Origin: Phoronis australis
Taxonomy: Eukaryota > Animalia > Phoronida
Length of the DNA: 64,000 bases
Direction of reading: 5' to 3'
Assembly: GCA_002633005.1 (NCBI GenBank)
Contig: NMRA01000780.1
Coordinates: 62,001-126,000 of the forward strand
Shown here: in pieces, positions 31,983 to 45,900 of the stretch
Position numbering within the stretch: the stretch's first letter is position 1
Layout: each line of letters begins with the position of its first letter
The notes under the pieces: generated by a model
What the model was told of the DNA's origin: nothing
What the model saw: the letters and a program-made list of their open reading frames with translations, nothing else
The model's database searches: none
Position numbers and translations under genes: made by a program

Positions 31983-33365
31983 GCTGTTTGATACCACGTC
32001 CCACCAACACATTGTCTACAGAGGATATTCAAATTTTTACTACGCTTTATTTTGTTTCCTGTGCCATCAAACGGTTAGACCCCGCGTGGCTATCAATAAA
32101 CTTGAGAAAGGCTCAAAACTAATGTTGGTCGTAAAAGTCTGCGTGTCAACTTAACTTGATTTCGAATTACACATGTATCTCAGCCTCGAACCCATTATTT
32201 TGTCCAGGGTGTCGACCTCAAATGTGCCTCTGGATCCGCGCTTGAGTCTGTGTGGTGGCGTTTTAGTATTGTACTCTTGCCGTGAAATAGAGTCATAGGC
32301 AGCTATATGATACATACACGAACTGTACATTGGATGCTCGTTTTAGTATTTAATATAGTAGATATAGTATAATCATTGCACAATGAATATTGATATTTGT
32401 AACTACACGTCTTGCCGCTGTACAGATTAACAAGTTGAGTGATTTAATTTGTTTTTACATTCGCAAATGTAAATGTTTGTTGTGATAGTTCTAATACAAG
32501 GCTCAGTGTTTTTGTAAATTGTTTCTCATTGTTTCTCGGAAACTCGGTGTGCCGAAGACTATGGACAAAAAAGGAAATGTGAAGAACTCACAACAGACAG
32601 AAATGTGTTTGTTGCAACCCTAATTACAGTCACCGACACATGCATACTTAGTCTGGAAACAGCTGCAGTGTGCAACTACATGTATATTTATTTTTTCACG
32701 GTGCAACTACATGTTTGGTATTTGCTTTGAAGTTCACTTTCTTCATACAAGTACAAAGGTATACAACAAAACAGAAAATACACCACAAATGAATATTGAA
32801 CATACAACACGGGAACAACAACACCTATTGACTTATTTCTACACAATTTCGCGTACAATGTTTTGGCATGGCCTCATGTTATGGGAGCAAGCTGTTTCAA
32901 ACAGTTGTAAACACGTAACGCAACACGAACGGTGTTTATGAATGGAGTGTTGTTGCAGATGTCATGAATTTCAAGTTGGCATTATGGGAAATGGATTTGC
33001 AAACCGAATATTGGGCTTAAAGGTCCATTTGTGGCATTTTGAATGATTTTGCAATGAACAAAATTTTAAACGTTTTGTCTATGTCGACTTGTTAGAAAAC
33101 TGATTGTCTTCCTAAAAACTCTTTGAAGCGACGATGTGGTAACGTCATTTCTAAAATATATTGCCTCTTCACATCAATCTATCCTATTTACATTGGCACT
33201 AGGTTTCGGTCCGGATCATTTCTCCGGTCATTACTTTCGGTGGTGCAGTGGTTAGAGTTCTGGACTGACAATTTAAAGGCCGTTTTTTTGTTTGTTCAAT
33301 CCCAGATTGCGTCAATAAACAGGAATAAAAATGCTCACCACTGACCACCACGAGTGTACCACACA

Positions 33366-33431
33366 CCTGTGTTCAGTTACCTGAAGACGGTCGGAGAAAT
33401 GGTTGACCGAAACGTCATGCTAGTAAACAGG
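33366..33431 (+). ncRNA. Minimal hammerhead-ribozyme-like motif (Penelope/retrozyme type)
   Basis: CTGAAGA at 33381, then stem II GGTC...GACC, then GAAAC-GTC at 33409-33416. Flanks CCTGT and ACAGG could pair distally, but the proximal stem I is imperfect. Confidence 0.55.
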
Positions 33432-33889
33432 TTAGACGTTAGAGTAATAGATTTTAGAAATCAGCAGGCAGGTTAGATACAACTACAAATGGACCCATCT
33501 CGAGGGCGATATCAGCTCATCGATCGAGAGAGAAAAATCCCGTGGCTTGCCGGGTTTGTTTTCTCACGTGAACCGTAAAAACGTTCTTTTTGCCGAAGAA
33601 CTCGACGTGTCTAAAACTTTTTGTCACATGACCAGGAATGTATCACGACACGACTGGTAAATAAGACCGAGTATGCAATCTTTTTTGATAGCATATGGGC
33701 AAACCACAAAGTAGTGCAAACTAGAAATTCGTAAGCCCTTACATTTTATCATCTGCAAAACACTGAAACAACCAAACGCGCGACAACCGGAATTCCGAGA
33801 GGGTGACATGGTTACGATTGACAAATCGGGTGTCGCAACTGTACCTACTGTACTCCAGTCGGAAGGACATATAAACAACTTCTTAAATG

Positions 33890-34170
33890 CATGGGCTCAC
33901 CCAGAGGGACTCGGGAGGGCTCGAACGAGCCCCCCCCCCCAATTTGGCGAATTGGGCAAAAAGGTCCGCCTCAGCGAAACAAAAAATCCGAGTAAACGAG
34001 ACAAAAGTCCACAAAGTGCACAGGAATCTGCGCGGATGCACAATTCGTAGGCCTGAACCAAGTGGCCACGTTTTTTATTTTTTAGTCCTCGTTGATTTTT
34101 GTCAGTAAAAGGTCCGCATATCGAAAAATTCGAGCCCCCCCCACTATATTTTAGGCTGGATGCGCGCATA
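33890..34170. mobile_element. MITE family C (second copy)
   Basis: CATGGGCTCACC...GATGCGCGCATA; reverse complement aligns with 1509-1760 (shared GGGGGCTCGAATTT and CCTACGAATTGTG blocks). Confidence 0.75.
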
Positions 34171-34793
34171 TTACAAGTCGTCACGATCAAAACAAATTAT
34201 TTTGCAGTGCGTTTCTCGACTCAGCTACATTGACCCGTCAGGCCTGAACCACGTGATGCTTACTATCGACAAAGGTACTATGTGGTAACTACAAAGTCTT
34301 TGCTATCGACACATTATTGAGGAGAGGGATAAAAATCAATTACACTCGTATTGGTGGTGTCTTGACCGCTTTGGAAGGACGAAAAGAATTTCTGCACTAC
34401 CTTGAGAATCGATAGAATCTTTTGTTATCTTACGCATGTATGAGTTTCAGAAGAATACCACCCTATCTGTAGCAACGCAGCGTGGGATCATTTAAACCTT
34501 CGTCATCCAATCAAAAATCCGTGAACCACTTGGCAGTCATGTTGTATCCAATGGCGTCAACTGATCTGTATCCAGTCCACAATGGATGTCATGGAGATTT
34601 CCGTAACCATGGGACCACGTGCCATCCGGGCATTGTTTACCTTGAGTTGTTACAACAATAGTTTTGCGGATGCAATAAATAACATATGTCTTTGTAATGA
34701 TCCCATTGGTAAAGTTTCAGCTAATTGTACAAGGGTGCAGCCTACCTGGCAGACGAATTGTTAAATTTTATTTGACCGAACAAGTGATTGAAA

Positions 34794-36993
34794 ATGGGAG
34801 ATACCTCAGACGCCGGTCCTGATATGGTGAACAGGGATCCAAATGATCTTAACTCCAATGTTAAGGTAACGTTGATTGTTGAAATGCATTGTGAATAAGA
34901 TTTAATTAAATAGATAATTAAAGTTAGGGGTTTTGAGCATTGTCAACATGCTTACAAATACGTTTTACCTGCTTTCTGCCAGTAATACTGTACATTAAGA
35001 TGAAAAATTACCTGATTATCTTTCTCGGTATTACCAACTTCAGTTACACATCATTAATTTTTAATGTTTTCGACTTGGAAACAAAAAATTGACACAGACG
35101 GTTTGAGTCAACGTGTGACAGGTTTTGATTAGAATAACGTTAGCGCAAGACCTCTGAAAGTATATTGTAAGAAACTTTCCGGTGCGGCGGTCAATCGTTA
35201 ACACTGCATCACACTGCTGTCGAAATAAATAAAATAAAAGGGGAAAAGTTACCAATCTGAAAATTTTTAACAAATTTCTTTAAAAGCGAATTTCATAGAA
35301 ACAACATATTTTTCAAACCGGAAGCCGTGACGTTTTGACCAAGTCGCGTGATACAATAACTGACGTGTCTGATATTGCTATTGCATAAGTTCAAGAACTT
35401 TTTTCTGGCATCATCAAAGAGTTGTTGCTCTACATGGTCCAAGGTTGTGACTAAAAATTGGTGAGCGTCTTGATCGAAAACGGTTCTCACAAATCCGAAT
35501 ACATGTACTCGGTCCAGCTGGCATTGCCTGGATTTGCTCATGATGCCAGAATTTCAGATTTGAAAAATTGCAATTTTTATTAATTGAAATTTCATAGAAA
35601 GGGTTTTAAATGCTTTTACAATATGCAAACTATGAAATTTGGTCAAAAACGATTTCAAAAAGCCAAGTCCCCCACTTTCATAGTACAGCAACTAGTGCCG
35701 ATATCCGCCTTGCACAACACAGTGCAGTTTTGCACTTCATATCGACTCTGACAGCTTCAAAAACAGTACCAGTTGTCAATTTAATCAAGTATTCTCAAAG
35801 ACATTTGTCAACGAATTTTCTTAAAAATTAATTTCTCTTGATGCTTTTCGATCGAACACCATCACCATCATTTTTGTCGTTGTCGCAGTCATCATCATCA
35901 TTATCATTAGCAGCAGCAGCACTCGTCATCTTCAGGTCAATTATCCGTCAGTTGCTACAACAATAACAACATGTAAATCAAGGATTATACCCTCGCTCGT
36001 CATAACTATTATCATCTCAATTGTGCCCCCAAATCCTGTTAAAATGGCTCTCAGCACATTTCAGACTTAAGAATTCCGTTTACGAAGGTGTACTTAGCTG
36101 ACGCTTTCGTAAAACTATCCCAAAAAATCACCATGTACTTCGTTATTTGTCGAGAAGTGAGTGAAACATGTCCACTAGATATGAATGACCGCCAGGGGGT
36201 CCCAGTAACCATGCACGCACATTAGAAACAGTGAACAAGGAAAATCCTAATCAATTTTCCACTCGATCGATTTAACGATTGCCATTCATTCGAACCTAGT
36301 TAACATCCCATCAACCATACTTTTACATCATAGTCGGTCACACGTGACTAATAATGTTTCTGGTGTAATAAAAGTATCGAAAATTCAAACTTAACTTTTA
36401 AGACCGAAAGTATCTTGAATCTATCCGTTGCTTGGCCTGCTGAATAATCACGGAATTTTGATTTTAGTCTATCGTCTCCCCTTCGTAAACAAGCGAATAT
36501 TTGACGGATGTAGTCTAAATTTGTACTTTATTCCCGAAAGACTTCCTTGCTCAATGGTTTACATGTATTGGTCAGGTCTGCAAAAATAATGCTGTTATTG
36601 TGTATGTTTGCATGTGTCAGAAGACCTAAACATGGGATGTACTGGGATTTTATTTATTTGCAGGTATTGTTTGAAGATGTGATCGGTGAACCTGAGGGAG
36701 CTCACAGTATCGACTGTGTCTGGCAGAACGCCTACAAATGCTTCACCGGCGGCAAGAAATGTTGCTATCTTTTTTTGACAGTCCTGTGCGGACTTCCCTT
36801 GGCGCTGTGTTGGGGATGTGAGTTCGCCTGCATCACTTTTGCTCACGTCTGGTCGATCACGCCGTGTATGCGATCATTCAACATCTGTTGTGAATGCGGG
36901 CAGAAGTTCTTTCAAACCATGCTGGAGTGTTTCTTGGCGCCGTGTTGTGAAACTATCGGCCTCGCTTTCTCCAAGATCAAGGTCAGCCAATAA
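34794..36993 (+). CDS. Caveolin (copy C, 133 aa)
   Basis: Exon 1 is 34794-34865 (MGDTSDAGPDMVNRDPNDLNSNVK; too short for the ORF track) and exon 2 is 36664-36993. Signature FEDVIGEPEGAHSID; canonical splice sites. Confidence 0.94.
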
Positions 36994-38924
36994 AGATCGC
37001 AGGCTCCTCGTGGCCATTCACGTCTACATGGACAACAAAACTGTCAAATTTGTATGTCGATGTTTTTGTACAGTGTGTTATTGATCTGAAATGAGCAAGT
37101 AAAACACGTGTTGGCGAGCGTCGTTACGTGGTGAATGTCAATAGGTGGCGTCATATTTTAGATTTTCCGTTACTACTGTAGTTCATGAATTTTAGGCTGA
37201 GGAGACCTATAAATACTAGTCAGTGAAGCAGAAACTACTCTGCTGCCTCTAGTTTAGAAACCTATAAATGTGATTGTATTTTTAAGCTGTGAACTCAGTG
37301 AACGTAATGTTTCAATATGTGTCACTGGTCATGCTCAGGGTGTATCTTCTTGGACTGTTATGATTCACATTGCATTTTGCCTGTTTAGTAGTGACGCCCA
37401 TCAGGCGAGGAAACGGGTTGTGACTGATCCCAGCATTGGCAAATGTACAGTTCGTTGAACTCAACACGATGTATATGCTCTCAGCAGCGACTTTTTCACT
37501 CATGCAACAGAAGTTCGCCCGGGTTTTGAAAAAGATCCGGCCTGTTTATTAAACTTATAATGTCTACTTACATTACATGTAGTTGAATAAACGCTCATGT
37601 TATGTCAACTCTATGGAGCACATAACTTTCAAATACGTTGAGTTTTATTTGCTGCCTTTACGGCAGTGAACATTAAATGAAAACTGAAATCCGTTCACAA
37701 ATCCTACCATGAATTTGACCGAGATTACTGCACATAGCAACACAAGTGCTGTTGATGAAAACGAAGCAGCAGAGTGAAACAGGAAACAATTTTGACAACT
37801 TACGGGAGGGCATTTTTAAAACATGCGAAACACAACTTTGTTTTGAAATCGCTTTATTAGCTTTATTGTCAACATAATGTTGGGATAGAAAAACAATTAG
37901 TAATTCGTGCGACGACACAAACTTTATGGTACCATAAACGTTGTGAAAGTGTTCTAATCTCTTAACATATCTTCAACTCAGGCCCGTAGGAAGGTAAAAA
38001 TTATTGGGGGGGCACCGATCCTGGTCGATACGTAACTTCTAATTTCGAAACCACTGCGTTGCACTGGGGTGTTTATATAGGTACGTTTTGAATTATATGA
38101 AAAAATCTGTCTACTAATAATAAGGTGTGTAACAGATGCAGTACTTTTAGAGTTATTTTTTGTTAAGATTGACTGGAAATTTTTGGAGCAACATACATGC
38201 CGCTCATACGATTACTCTTGCTGAACAGTAAGAATGATGTGTGAAATAATTATAAATGTTTTTATTTACTCTTCAACATCAATCAGTGGACGTTGCCCTG
38301 CTGCACACACTATAAGTTGATGAGACATTTGTATCAGTCGTGCCCCGTAGATTTTTAGATCTTCGGGTTGTCCTTACTGGCTCAGACGGTGGATGAAGAC
38401 ACATGCTTAAAGACGCAGTATCGAGTCTGCAGTAGCGGTGGGACGGTACAGTATGTAATGTTAGTTAACTACATTTAGCCAGAGTTCAAATTTGGTTCAG
38501 AAAACAATGCGCCCAGGACTGCAAAGCGCGTATTCCTAATGCGGAGACCGGAATCAACGGAAAACGAAGAATTCTGCGATTTCAAAGTTCGACTACTTTA
38601 GCATTTAAAAACAATATCACATAAAGATATAGCTAATCTTTGTAAGTGTAGTTACTGGAAAACTTCGTTTTACTAGTTACTAACCACTCTGAAGAAATTC
38701 TCTTATTTGTGTCTCGCGTGTACTATGGAATCAGTGCACGTCACAGCCAATTCGAGATGAAAAACGTACTCAGTGGTACATAAACGAACTTTCATAAAAT
38801 AGTTCTCTTATTTCCACCACGTTGCTCTAACTGCAGTCATTGATATATAGAGGAACTGGTGTCAGAGAAGTTACATCGAAATAGTTGAAGGAATTTTTTC
38901 ACATTACGATGATCCCAAGCGGTA

Positions 38925-39973
38925 TCATGGTTCCTCGACCTTTGATCTTGACGGCTGCAAACGCCACGGTGCATTGGCAAACTCGTCTTCGTCGATTTCA
39001 CCGTTGTCTGCAATTTAAATAATAGATGTTGGACCTTTGTTATCCCTAGTAGAAACCTCGAATCGGTGCTAAGAAAACAATGTAAATTTGTTATCTGCAG
39101 TTAAAGTAGAAAGCTGTTCGACTGAATGTTCAGCACCAGCAGCAACAGTAGCAGCCAGCGGCACTACAGTAACGGCAGCCGCAGCAACAATCCAATTAAA
39201 ACCAATCACACGATTTGCAAACTGGGGCAATGATAAAACTTTTCCTACCGGTGCATGTTATCCCATGAGCCTCTAATGTTGGCCTAAATGCTCAGCCATG
39301 TATGAACATAAAGACCAAGAGTCTTAATTCTGCTGGAAACTGAATTCCGCCATAAGAAGCTGTTTAGTCATTTGCAATAGCTGACACACAACTGGGAGAA
39401 TTTTACTAGCCAACCAACGGTGACGTGTTCCCCAAAGGCACCGACGGAGAAATAAGTGGACTCTCAATCTAACATTGGGTCCCATGCAAGCAGTTGTCAT
39501 GAAGAAACATTGTAGATATAACACAATACAATTCACTCACCATCCTTGTCTGTAGCTTCAAACGCTTCCTCCAGATTTTCAGACGTTCCCGACACTTGTT
39601 TCAGTTCCTCAATGGTTATGCCCCCATTTTTGTTTACGTCATAATTTTCAAATTTAATCGGCATAGGCACGGGATCAAATTCTTCCAAAACATACTTTTT
39701 AAGGTCAAGATTCAAGTCGCTGATTTCCCCTTTAGTCAGGACTTCCGGTAAGTCAGACTTCTCTCCTTCCGGTTGCACGTCATTGTCCGTTTCTTCCTCA
39801 AGAGTTTCCTCCGGCGGGTTGGCCATTTCCGTTTCTATATGTTCGACGGCCATTTTTGTGCTTTTTTCGTCCAATATTTGCGCCATATCTGCGGGAAGTG
39901 CTTTGCCACTTGCGTGTTGTACTCCAAAGAGAGCAAGCACCGCCAACAGATGGCACCATGACCGCGGGGCCAT
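38925..39973 (-). CDS. Secreted acidic EF-hand calcium-binding protein (171 aa)
   Basis: Exons 39973-39541 and 39007-38925 join in phase 1. It has a signal-peptide-like N-terminus (MAPRSWCHLLAVLALFGVQHASG), a Glu/Asp-rich linker and EF loops DVNKNGGITIEE and DKDDNGEIDEDE, the second spanning the intron. An upstream acceptor near 40016 implies a 5' UTR exon. Confidence 0.88.
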
Positions 39974-42900
39974 TGTGCAGACTGTAGAACAAGATTCTGT
40001 ACTCTTTCTTCCTCCTGAAACAAAAACATAATGATTACTCTGTATCAGTGAACCGGATTTTCAGAGCCTGATATGAGGCGCTGTATCTGTACACCTGTAT
40101 ACATCGCGCGAAATCCACTTGTTTTGATCTCCTGACGGCAGCCATATTAGGAAAAGAGGATCATTTAAAAGACATGCTTCGACTGCAAACTTCCTAGAAC
40201 TTTGTGAATAACGTTGTTCATCCGCGTATATTAAGAAAGCTAAGGAAAAATATATTTGGAGTTATTCTACTGTTTGTTAATTATAAAACATCCAATACAA
40301 GTGTAAGAGGGTCACACCAGGATAATCACCCCTTATGTACCATGTAAGATTTGCACCAGTATTGCATTTGAAGCAATCTGCGATGGTTTCGGAAATTTCA
40401 CTGGAGTAAAACAGCGCCAGCAGTATGCAGATGTTCTGGAACAACCAGGTATTGTTCCACCAGCTTCCTAAAGGCGGCTTCACCTCAGCAGTATGCACCG
40501 GAAAACAACATGAGGACTTAGGCGAAATTTGATACATCAGTGCCTGACATGAAATGATAGCACTTAAGAGACATAACATCAGAAACACAATCAAAACAAA
40601 ATGTTCATTTTTGAACAATGCATGTTACAAAAATCTGTTTATAACAAGAATCGTTTTCGCTGTGTTGATCAAACTACGCCAAAAATAACATCGTCCTTAA
40701 TAGTTTGAAAATTGGGAGATCCAACATATAATCACTCATTTGAAATTACAACTGTACAGTGTTGCAGAATTTCTTGTAGTACATGTACATGTAAGCTCGA
40801 CCAATTTAATTAGATGTGGAATGTTCATGGATACTGCTTCAGAGAGTTTTTTTTTCGTATGCGTCAAAGTTTTGAATTACTAACATTTGCTTTTAAGCAA
40901 GTTAAAACTTTCAGCTATAAACGTCCAATTTGTCAGAACATGACATTTTCATTTAGCGTTTTCTCATCCATTCCTGGAAGCTACAAAGCCATTGATTTAA
41001 CCGTATAGCCTGCGAACTTGACAAAGCCACTTGAAACAAGCTGTGGCCGGGATTTGGCGCATTATAAAAACGATTTCATCGTCGAGAAATTTACGTTCCA
41101 GGTCTACATCAATTAACTAATTGTGGTACACTCCATTGACCGAGCGCTATCCCTACGTGCACGTATCCACCGCGTGCTCCTACAACCTTTGGCAATACGG
41201 ACAACACGTTTGAAAAAACGTCACAACCTGGAGTCACCAAGTGGAGAGAACGGCTCCACCGCGAGTCGGATCACCTAGAACTTTCAAACAACATGTCGTG
41301 GAAATCGACATTTCGTGAGTCCATCAAGAAACAGTTCGGCAAAGAACCGAAATTGAAAAAGTTTTGAAAGTTAAACGGATACCAAACCCGATTTTGGCCT
41401 GTAAACGACGTTACCAACCAAATCCTTGAAACAAAATAATGCTCTGCAACCCTCGACAACCCTCAAATGTTTGCAGGAAAATTTGAAAACTCCTTTCAAT
41501 AACTGCTATACGGGCAACAAAAACCTCGAAAATGTCACTTATTGCATAAATTTACGAGTACTGGTCACGTGGCGCACTATATAACATCATGCTTTTCTTC
41601 GTCTGAAATTACATAAAAACTGAGTGAGGTAAGAAACGCTACTGTGCTGGCTTAGCTTGCGCGCCACCTATTATTGTCGGCTGCGTCTAATGCAGTTAGC
41701 AGCGTCAAGTGAGACACAGAAAGGAATCCCGAAGACCCTGCAACTTACAAACAAGTTCGTATTTTCAGATGAGCGTTGAAGTTGGATAACACTTCACTAG
41801 TCCGCAAAACCTTAATTTTGTATTGGTCAGGTGGCTATAGTCTATGCTGTGACGAAGAACGATTTTTGCGCATGTTCAGGAAGGAGTCCATGAAAAAAGA
41901 CCAATCCCTCACCCAATAAAATCGTACGTCACACGAATGACTCACAAGTATAAAAAGTTGACATGTGGACTGGAAATTACACCATTTTTGTGCGTGTCAT
42001 ACATACGTTGTGCAACACAACACCCGATAATACATTCCTTCCACTGTTAGAGCTGGTTAAAACTAAAATCAAATTAGGCCTTACACTAGTAAAATTGGTC
42101 TCATAATATTCCTTACTGCGTTAGGTTTCTATTTCCGTTGTCGACAAGCGACCAAGTAAATCTGTCAAAGTTTATTGTTATTGACCAACTCTGCTATTGC
42201 GAATTCGAAAATTCGGCATGTTGTTATTATCGGTGACTTGAGTATTGAGTTTCTACTCATTCAGTACTCAGATATATAGTCTATCTGAGTTCAGTAGCAA
42301 TTCACGATCAGATGAGCGTGGTAACCTTTTAAAACTCTTAAGTCCTTCGTTTGAGAAGTCATCATTGCGGCGACGTGAAACTTTGATTTATAAGATCGTA
42401 CAGCGTACCTTATGAGCTGAAAATGAGAAACTAACAGTTTTTCAACAGGCTAAACTCTCGATTGGTATACCATCTGTTCCCAACGCCCGCTTCATGTGGC
42501 CGGTTTCACATGTCCATGTACACAACTGCATGGTTGTATGCATTTTATTTACAGCGTACACATGTGTAACTGGCGACGATAGAATGCGATTCCGTGACCT
42601 ACATGTACACGCAGCGGAAATATTTACCTGATGAGTGGCATAAAAAGCAACGTCATAAAAATGAAGTTCTAGATTTTGTGTACAGGGATTGCTTGTTGCG
42701 TTGGCATATTGGCTAATCATGTTAATTAAAAATAAGGGGGTTTAACATTTATGTTGTCGACGTGTAACGGAGGTAAGCGAAAATCAACAAAGTGAAAACG
42801 AAAAAATAACACATTACTTTACGACTGAGTCAACATCAACAGTACAATACATTGCGATTTAAATGAAACACAGTGTTTTATGTAAACAGTTCCAAAGAAG

Positions 42901-45900
42901 CCATGTTGTAATTAGTCCTACGGTCAATGCACGATTTCAATCAAATGCCGGTAATTAAACACCTTAAATCGTTTCGCTTGATGCCTTGGCGCAGTTGGCT
43001 GCAGTCATATATCGGGAATGTCAATAATTAAAGCCCCACGCTTGACCAATTTATTATTCCTAACAAGTAAAATAAAACCACGATTGTTTCGACGAACTAT
43101 AGCTACACAAAAACAACCAGACTCGGTCAATCGGGCAAAATAATAATGCTTAACCGGTGGAATAAAAAGGAAGCTTTCGTTAAATATACAGTGTAGATGT
43201 ATTTCCGACAAAAACAGCCGGGCTTGAAAGATCAGTGAAACTATAACTGTCATGATTGCTTGTTCTTCGAATACCATCTTAAGTACCCGCAAAGATCACA
43301 CAGATGCGTAAACTCCAGACAGGTTTAACCGAGAAACGCTTGTTTTGGGATTATGTTGAAAGAGATATGTTCGTGAACAAAATTGACACACTGAAAAAAT
43401 AAATGAATTATGACGACACCAAAGCAAAAAATGTCTAGTTCCTAATTCGTCAGTGAACTTTTTACCTTTGAAATAGTCCATAGTAACATGCTTTGTTTCT
43501 CTGATGACGTACAATCACGAGTTCACATTTTACGTAATTGCCATCATGAATTTGAACGAAAACCCCCTGTTCATGCAAAATTAAAACGGCATTCATTTGA
43601 AACCCATCCTTTCTGCCAAAAGCATCACAATATGCTGATTTAAGCTATTACATGTATACTAACCGTTACAAAAATGGTTCCGTCTTTTTCCGTGCTCAGT
43701 AAGACCAGGCGTAATAAGTTTCAGGTCACCGAGAGAACGTTTCAGCCCAGTCTTATGTAACTTCAAGTCTCGCATCCGAAACTAATTCCTAGTTCCCAGA
43801 CACATTTATGCCTCCCAAACGGCAGTCTAAGGCAGAAGTAAAAATTGTTAAAATAATTCTGCTAGACAAATCCAACGAGTCAGTATCTCAATTGTCGAGG
43901 TTTGCCTCAGTGCCAGTCCTCATCTTGTCAGCTGTTTGGAATATTAAGCATGACAACACTGTGTGAGAAATCAAATCAAAATCAAATCTCTGTATTTATA
44001 GTCAGTTTGACAAATAGACAAACACTAGCCAAGGGCTAGTATCACCGACTGTATATGTAAATACAAGGATATATGACGAAAACAGTTGATTTCCCTTTCA
44101 GAGATCTACTGACAAATATACATACTGTGGTTCGTTTCGTCCGCGCGTATAGAGACAAGCACAGCGTCGTCCAATATAATCCCATCTTGCAGGAAATTAG
44201 TATATGATTATATTCCAGAGATCTCTTGGTGTGTGTTTGTTTACATAAAGTGCACTAGCCGCGATAAATAATTTGAGCTAAATGTTTGGGCTTGTCAAAA
44301 GTATTGGTTTAACATTGCAGCAGTCAACAGCAGAGACAGTTCTTGGTTATATTTTTTCTCCAACTTTTCAGGGTCGCTGGTATATGTATGGTTTTCCAGT
44401 CGCGTCAAGTCCATATCCATTATTATTTCAGCTGCATTTTGTTTAAAAGATTATCTTTAAGTTATTCTTTAAAAATTCTCTTGTTAGCTCGGCGTTGCAA
44501 AGAATTTGAGTCTACATTTAATACTTCATAAGCGAATTTAGTAAGGAACAGAACTCCCGCCATCACTTCCCGAGCATGACCAAAATAACCAAAAAAAGAA
44601 AGTGACGCGGACATGCCGTCGCTAATGTTTGTCCTTAGGAAATTGTGGTTTTAAGCGCGCGATGCCACTCCCGCCTCGTTCGGCACCACTGCAGACGATT
44701 TGCAGTCGTACTCAATACAAAAATCGGAACAGACCAGAGTTCAGAAGCTGCCTGACGAATATAGAACAGTTTAGCCAAAATCACGTGATCACATTTAAAA
44801 TACAAGGCACCGTATCGCGTAATCTCGCGAAGAGTTGCTTTTTAGCGTGGTCCGTAGAGGCACAAGTCAGTGCGTGCTGAGTGTTGTTGTTTTTAGCATC
44901 TGTTACTGTGAATACAAATTAGAAAACCTAGGTAGAGTTCAACAACCGATGACTTTCGACAAGACACGATTCGAAAATACTCGAGGGACTCAACCACTCA
45001 ATGAAGTGCATCGCATTAGGATAGGCGTGGTAAAAGCAAAAGTTACTGTTTGAATAGTTTGAATTCCTTGTAGACATCATGAATAAAATGACAGCCTTGA
45101 AATAAAAGGTTTCTAACTGTTCTTAATTAAACTCACGTCGTGCCATTGAACTGGAAACGTTACGGGAAAACATTCATGCCGAGCCGGTAATGCTGTTCGC
45201 GAACGATGCCACTACAAGTCAGATACGAATTGATGAGTTTGGGTGCGCCCTAATCCACATACACTGTATGCTGCCCACCCAAGCTTGTTTCCGATTTATG
45301 CCTTTTCGACGACCCCGAGTACTGAAAATTCATGAAAAGATAAATAAAATCCCAACAGAATTGATTAGCCGGGTTTGCTAAACCAAATTCTAATTGGAAA
45401 TACGGCGTAGGCAAGCTGTGTAAATATCACAACTGCCCAGCAGAAAAGTTTTGTGTCAAATTATGTTGAAAGTCACATTTTTACAGTGGCACTTAAAGGG
45501 ATCGATACAATGGCCGAGATATGTGATTTCCTGAGCCCAACCTCAGCGCGGAACAGAACCCACAACCGCGGTAGCTGTCTAACTCTCTGCTGGTGTAAGC
45601 TAAATCCCTTCAGATTGCATTAGTCTCAACTTGTTCCCTATTCAGATGCCGAAGTGATTTCTGTCCTTGCAAAGAACTCGGTTGTTTCCAGAGCCCATGC
45701 TCGTCTATAACAGGACACACGCGCATTGACAGGTCAACTTGCAGAGTATATTCTCAACCAATATCAGTATCTTTGGCAATACTCTAGTCAGCTCTACCAA
45801 ATCCAGAGCAAACGTGTAAGCACATATTTTGACAAAGGAACCTATCATTTGAGAGCAATTTCGTAACGGCAAGCGGACGAGACATAAATTGTTTTTTGAA

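Noticed and set aside
33237-33290. tRNA gene
   Set aside because: Only an A-box-like 5' half is present, with no T-arm or acceptor stem; it is SINE-derived, as are 15640-15752 and 24523-24590.
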